DNA of 64,000 nucleotides, from NCBI RefSeq assembly GCF_030144855.1, contig NC_082731.1, positions 22,134,001 to 22,198,000 of the forward strand, read 5' to 3'. This stretch comes from Hypanus sabinus. Lineage: Eukaryota. The notes under the pieces are model-generated. The model worked only from the letters and a program-made list of their open reading frames with translations. It did not search any database and was not told the DNA's origin. The translations under genes were made by a program, and so were the position numbers. This document shows positions 63,261 through 64,000 of this stretch, in pieces (within the stretch, counting starts at the first letter, position 1; the number at the start of each line of letters is the position of its first letter).

Positions 63261-64000
63261 TTATGGTATTGTGTAATGTTCAGTGAAATGCACCTGAGGG
63301 GAACGCATTAGTAGTAAACTCAAACCGAAATGAAACACTAAGATGAACTTGCCTTTTAACCAACGGACCACCAGATTTTCCGATTCGTCTAAAGTGTGCC
63401 CGCAATCATGCTGCACAATACAGAACGAATATGAGGGGCCAGGAAACTTCATTCAACATCGGCGAATGTTCACAGATGGGATAAGCATTGTTACTGTCGA
63501 TACTCCGGACTAATATCATGTGTACACATTCTAAGTAGAAGGAGCAACAAAACAATGAAAGGCAGCTTGCATTGTCCAGAGTAACGAACCAGCACCACGA
63601 AAAGAAAGGCATGCGCAACTGAACACCCCCGCAGAATGTGTTTAGGTAAGCATTGTTCTGACGTTTCTCGCAAAGCGATCCTCTATGCGATTTCATGCTG
63701 CGTGAGATAATACATTTTTTTTTCGTTAAACACCTTTAATTGTGTAGTCAGTGGAGTAATTCAGCACTCAATGCAGGACCATCGTCGGCATAACAATTTT
63801 CTGAATGCCAAAGACCAAACGTTCCTCAGTAATGGTTTTCGAGAAGAAGTAAATATTAAGGAGGCAACACTTCTCTCTGTTCTCAATGGACAACCGGAAT
63901 GATCCGAGATATGTTTATTAGCACGGTCCAAAATAATTAATGTGGACGTGGTACCAAGAGAATTACTCCAGGCAATGATTCAATTGGTTCTTTTTGTATC

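Noticed and set aside
1-64000. CRISPR arrays, tRNA/rRNA genes, and the many short ORFs in the supplied track as host genes
   Set aside because: No repeat-spacer arrays or RNA-gene structure seen. The DNA is eukaryotic, and most longer ORFs are pieces of decayed retroelements or low-complexity reads.

Overview
Eukaryotic, repeat-rich genomic DNA, most likely from a cartilaginous fish. The CR1 LINE, V-SINE and short-repeat repertoire looks batoid (ray/skate), judged from memory without a database search. The only host genes I can firmly support are two T-cell receptor alpha/delta-type V gene segments. V1 (+ strand, 46265-46716) has an intact leader exon, V exon and 23-bp-spacer RSS. V2 (- strand, 54212-53764) has the same architecture but a +1 frameshift in an A7 run just before the second Cys. 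They face each other about 7 kb apart and are the two copies of an inverted ~2.2-kb cassette with conserved promoter blocks and microsatellites at matching positions. Roughly half or more of the window is decayed retroelement DNA. This includes a full-length Gmr1-like Ty3/gypsy LTR element (30799-40214; integrase before RT, tRNA-Pro PBS, CCTG TSD) inserted in one CR1 LINE and interrupted by another. It also includes a doubly deleted copy of the same family (10698-13485, AAAT TSD), a solo LTR, many CR1 and Rex1/Babar pieces and a probable L1 5' fragment. There are three N gaps. No D, J or C segment, RNA gene or CRISPR array could be supported. I found no convincing wholly new system; several weak Ig-like or exon-like signals are listed at low interest for computational follow-up. 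Repeat boundaries without TSDs are approximate.
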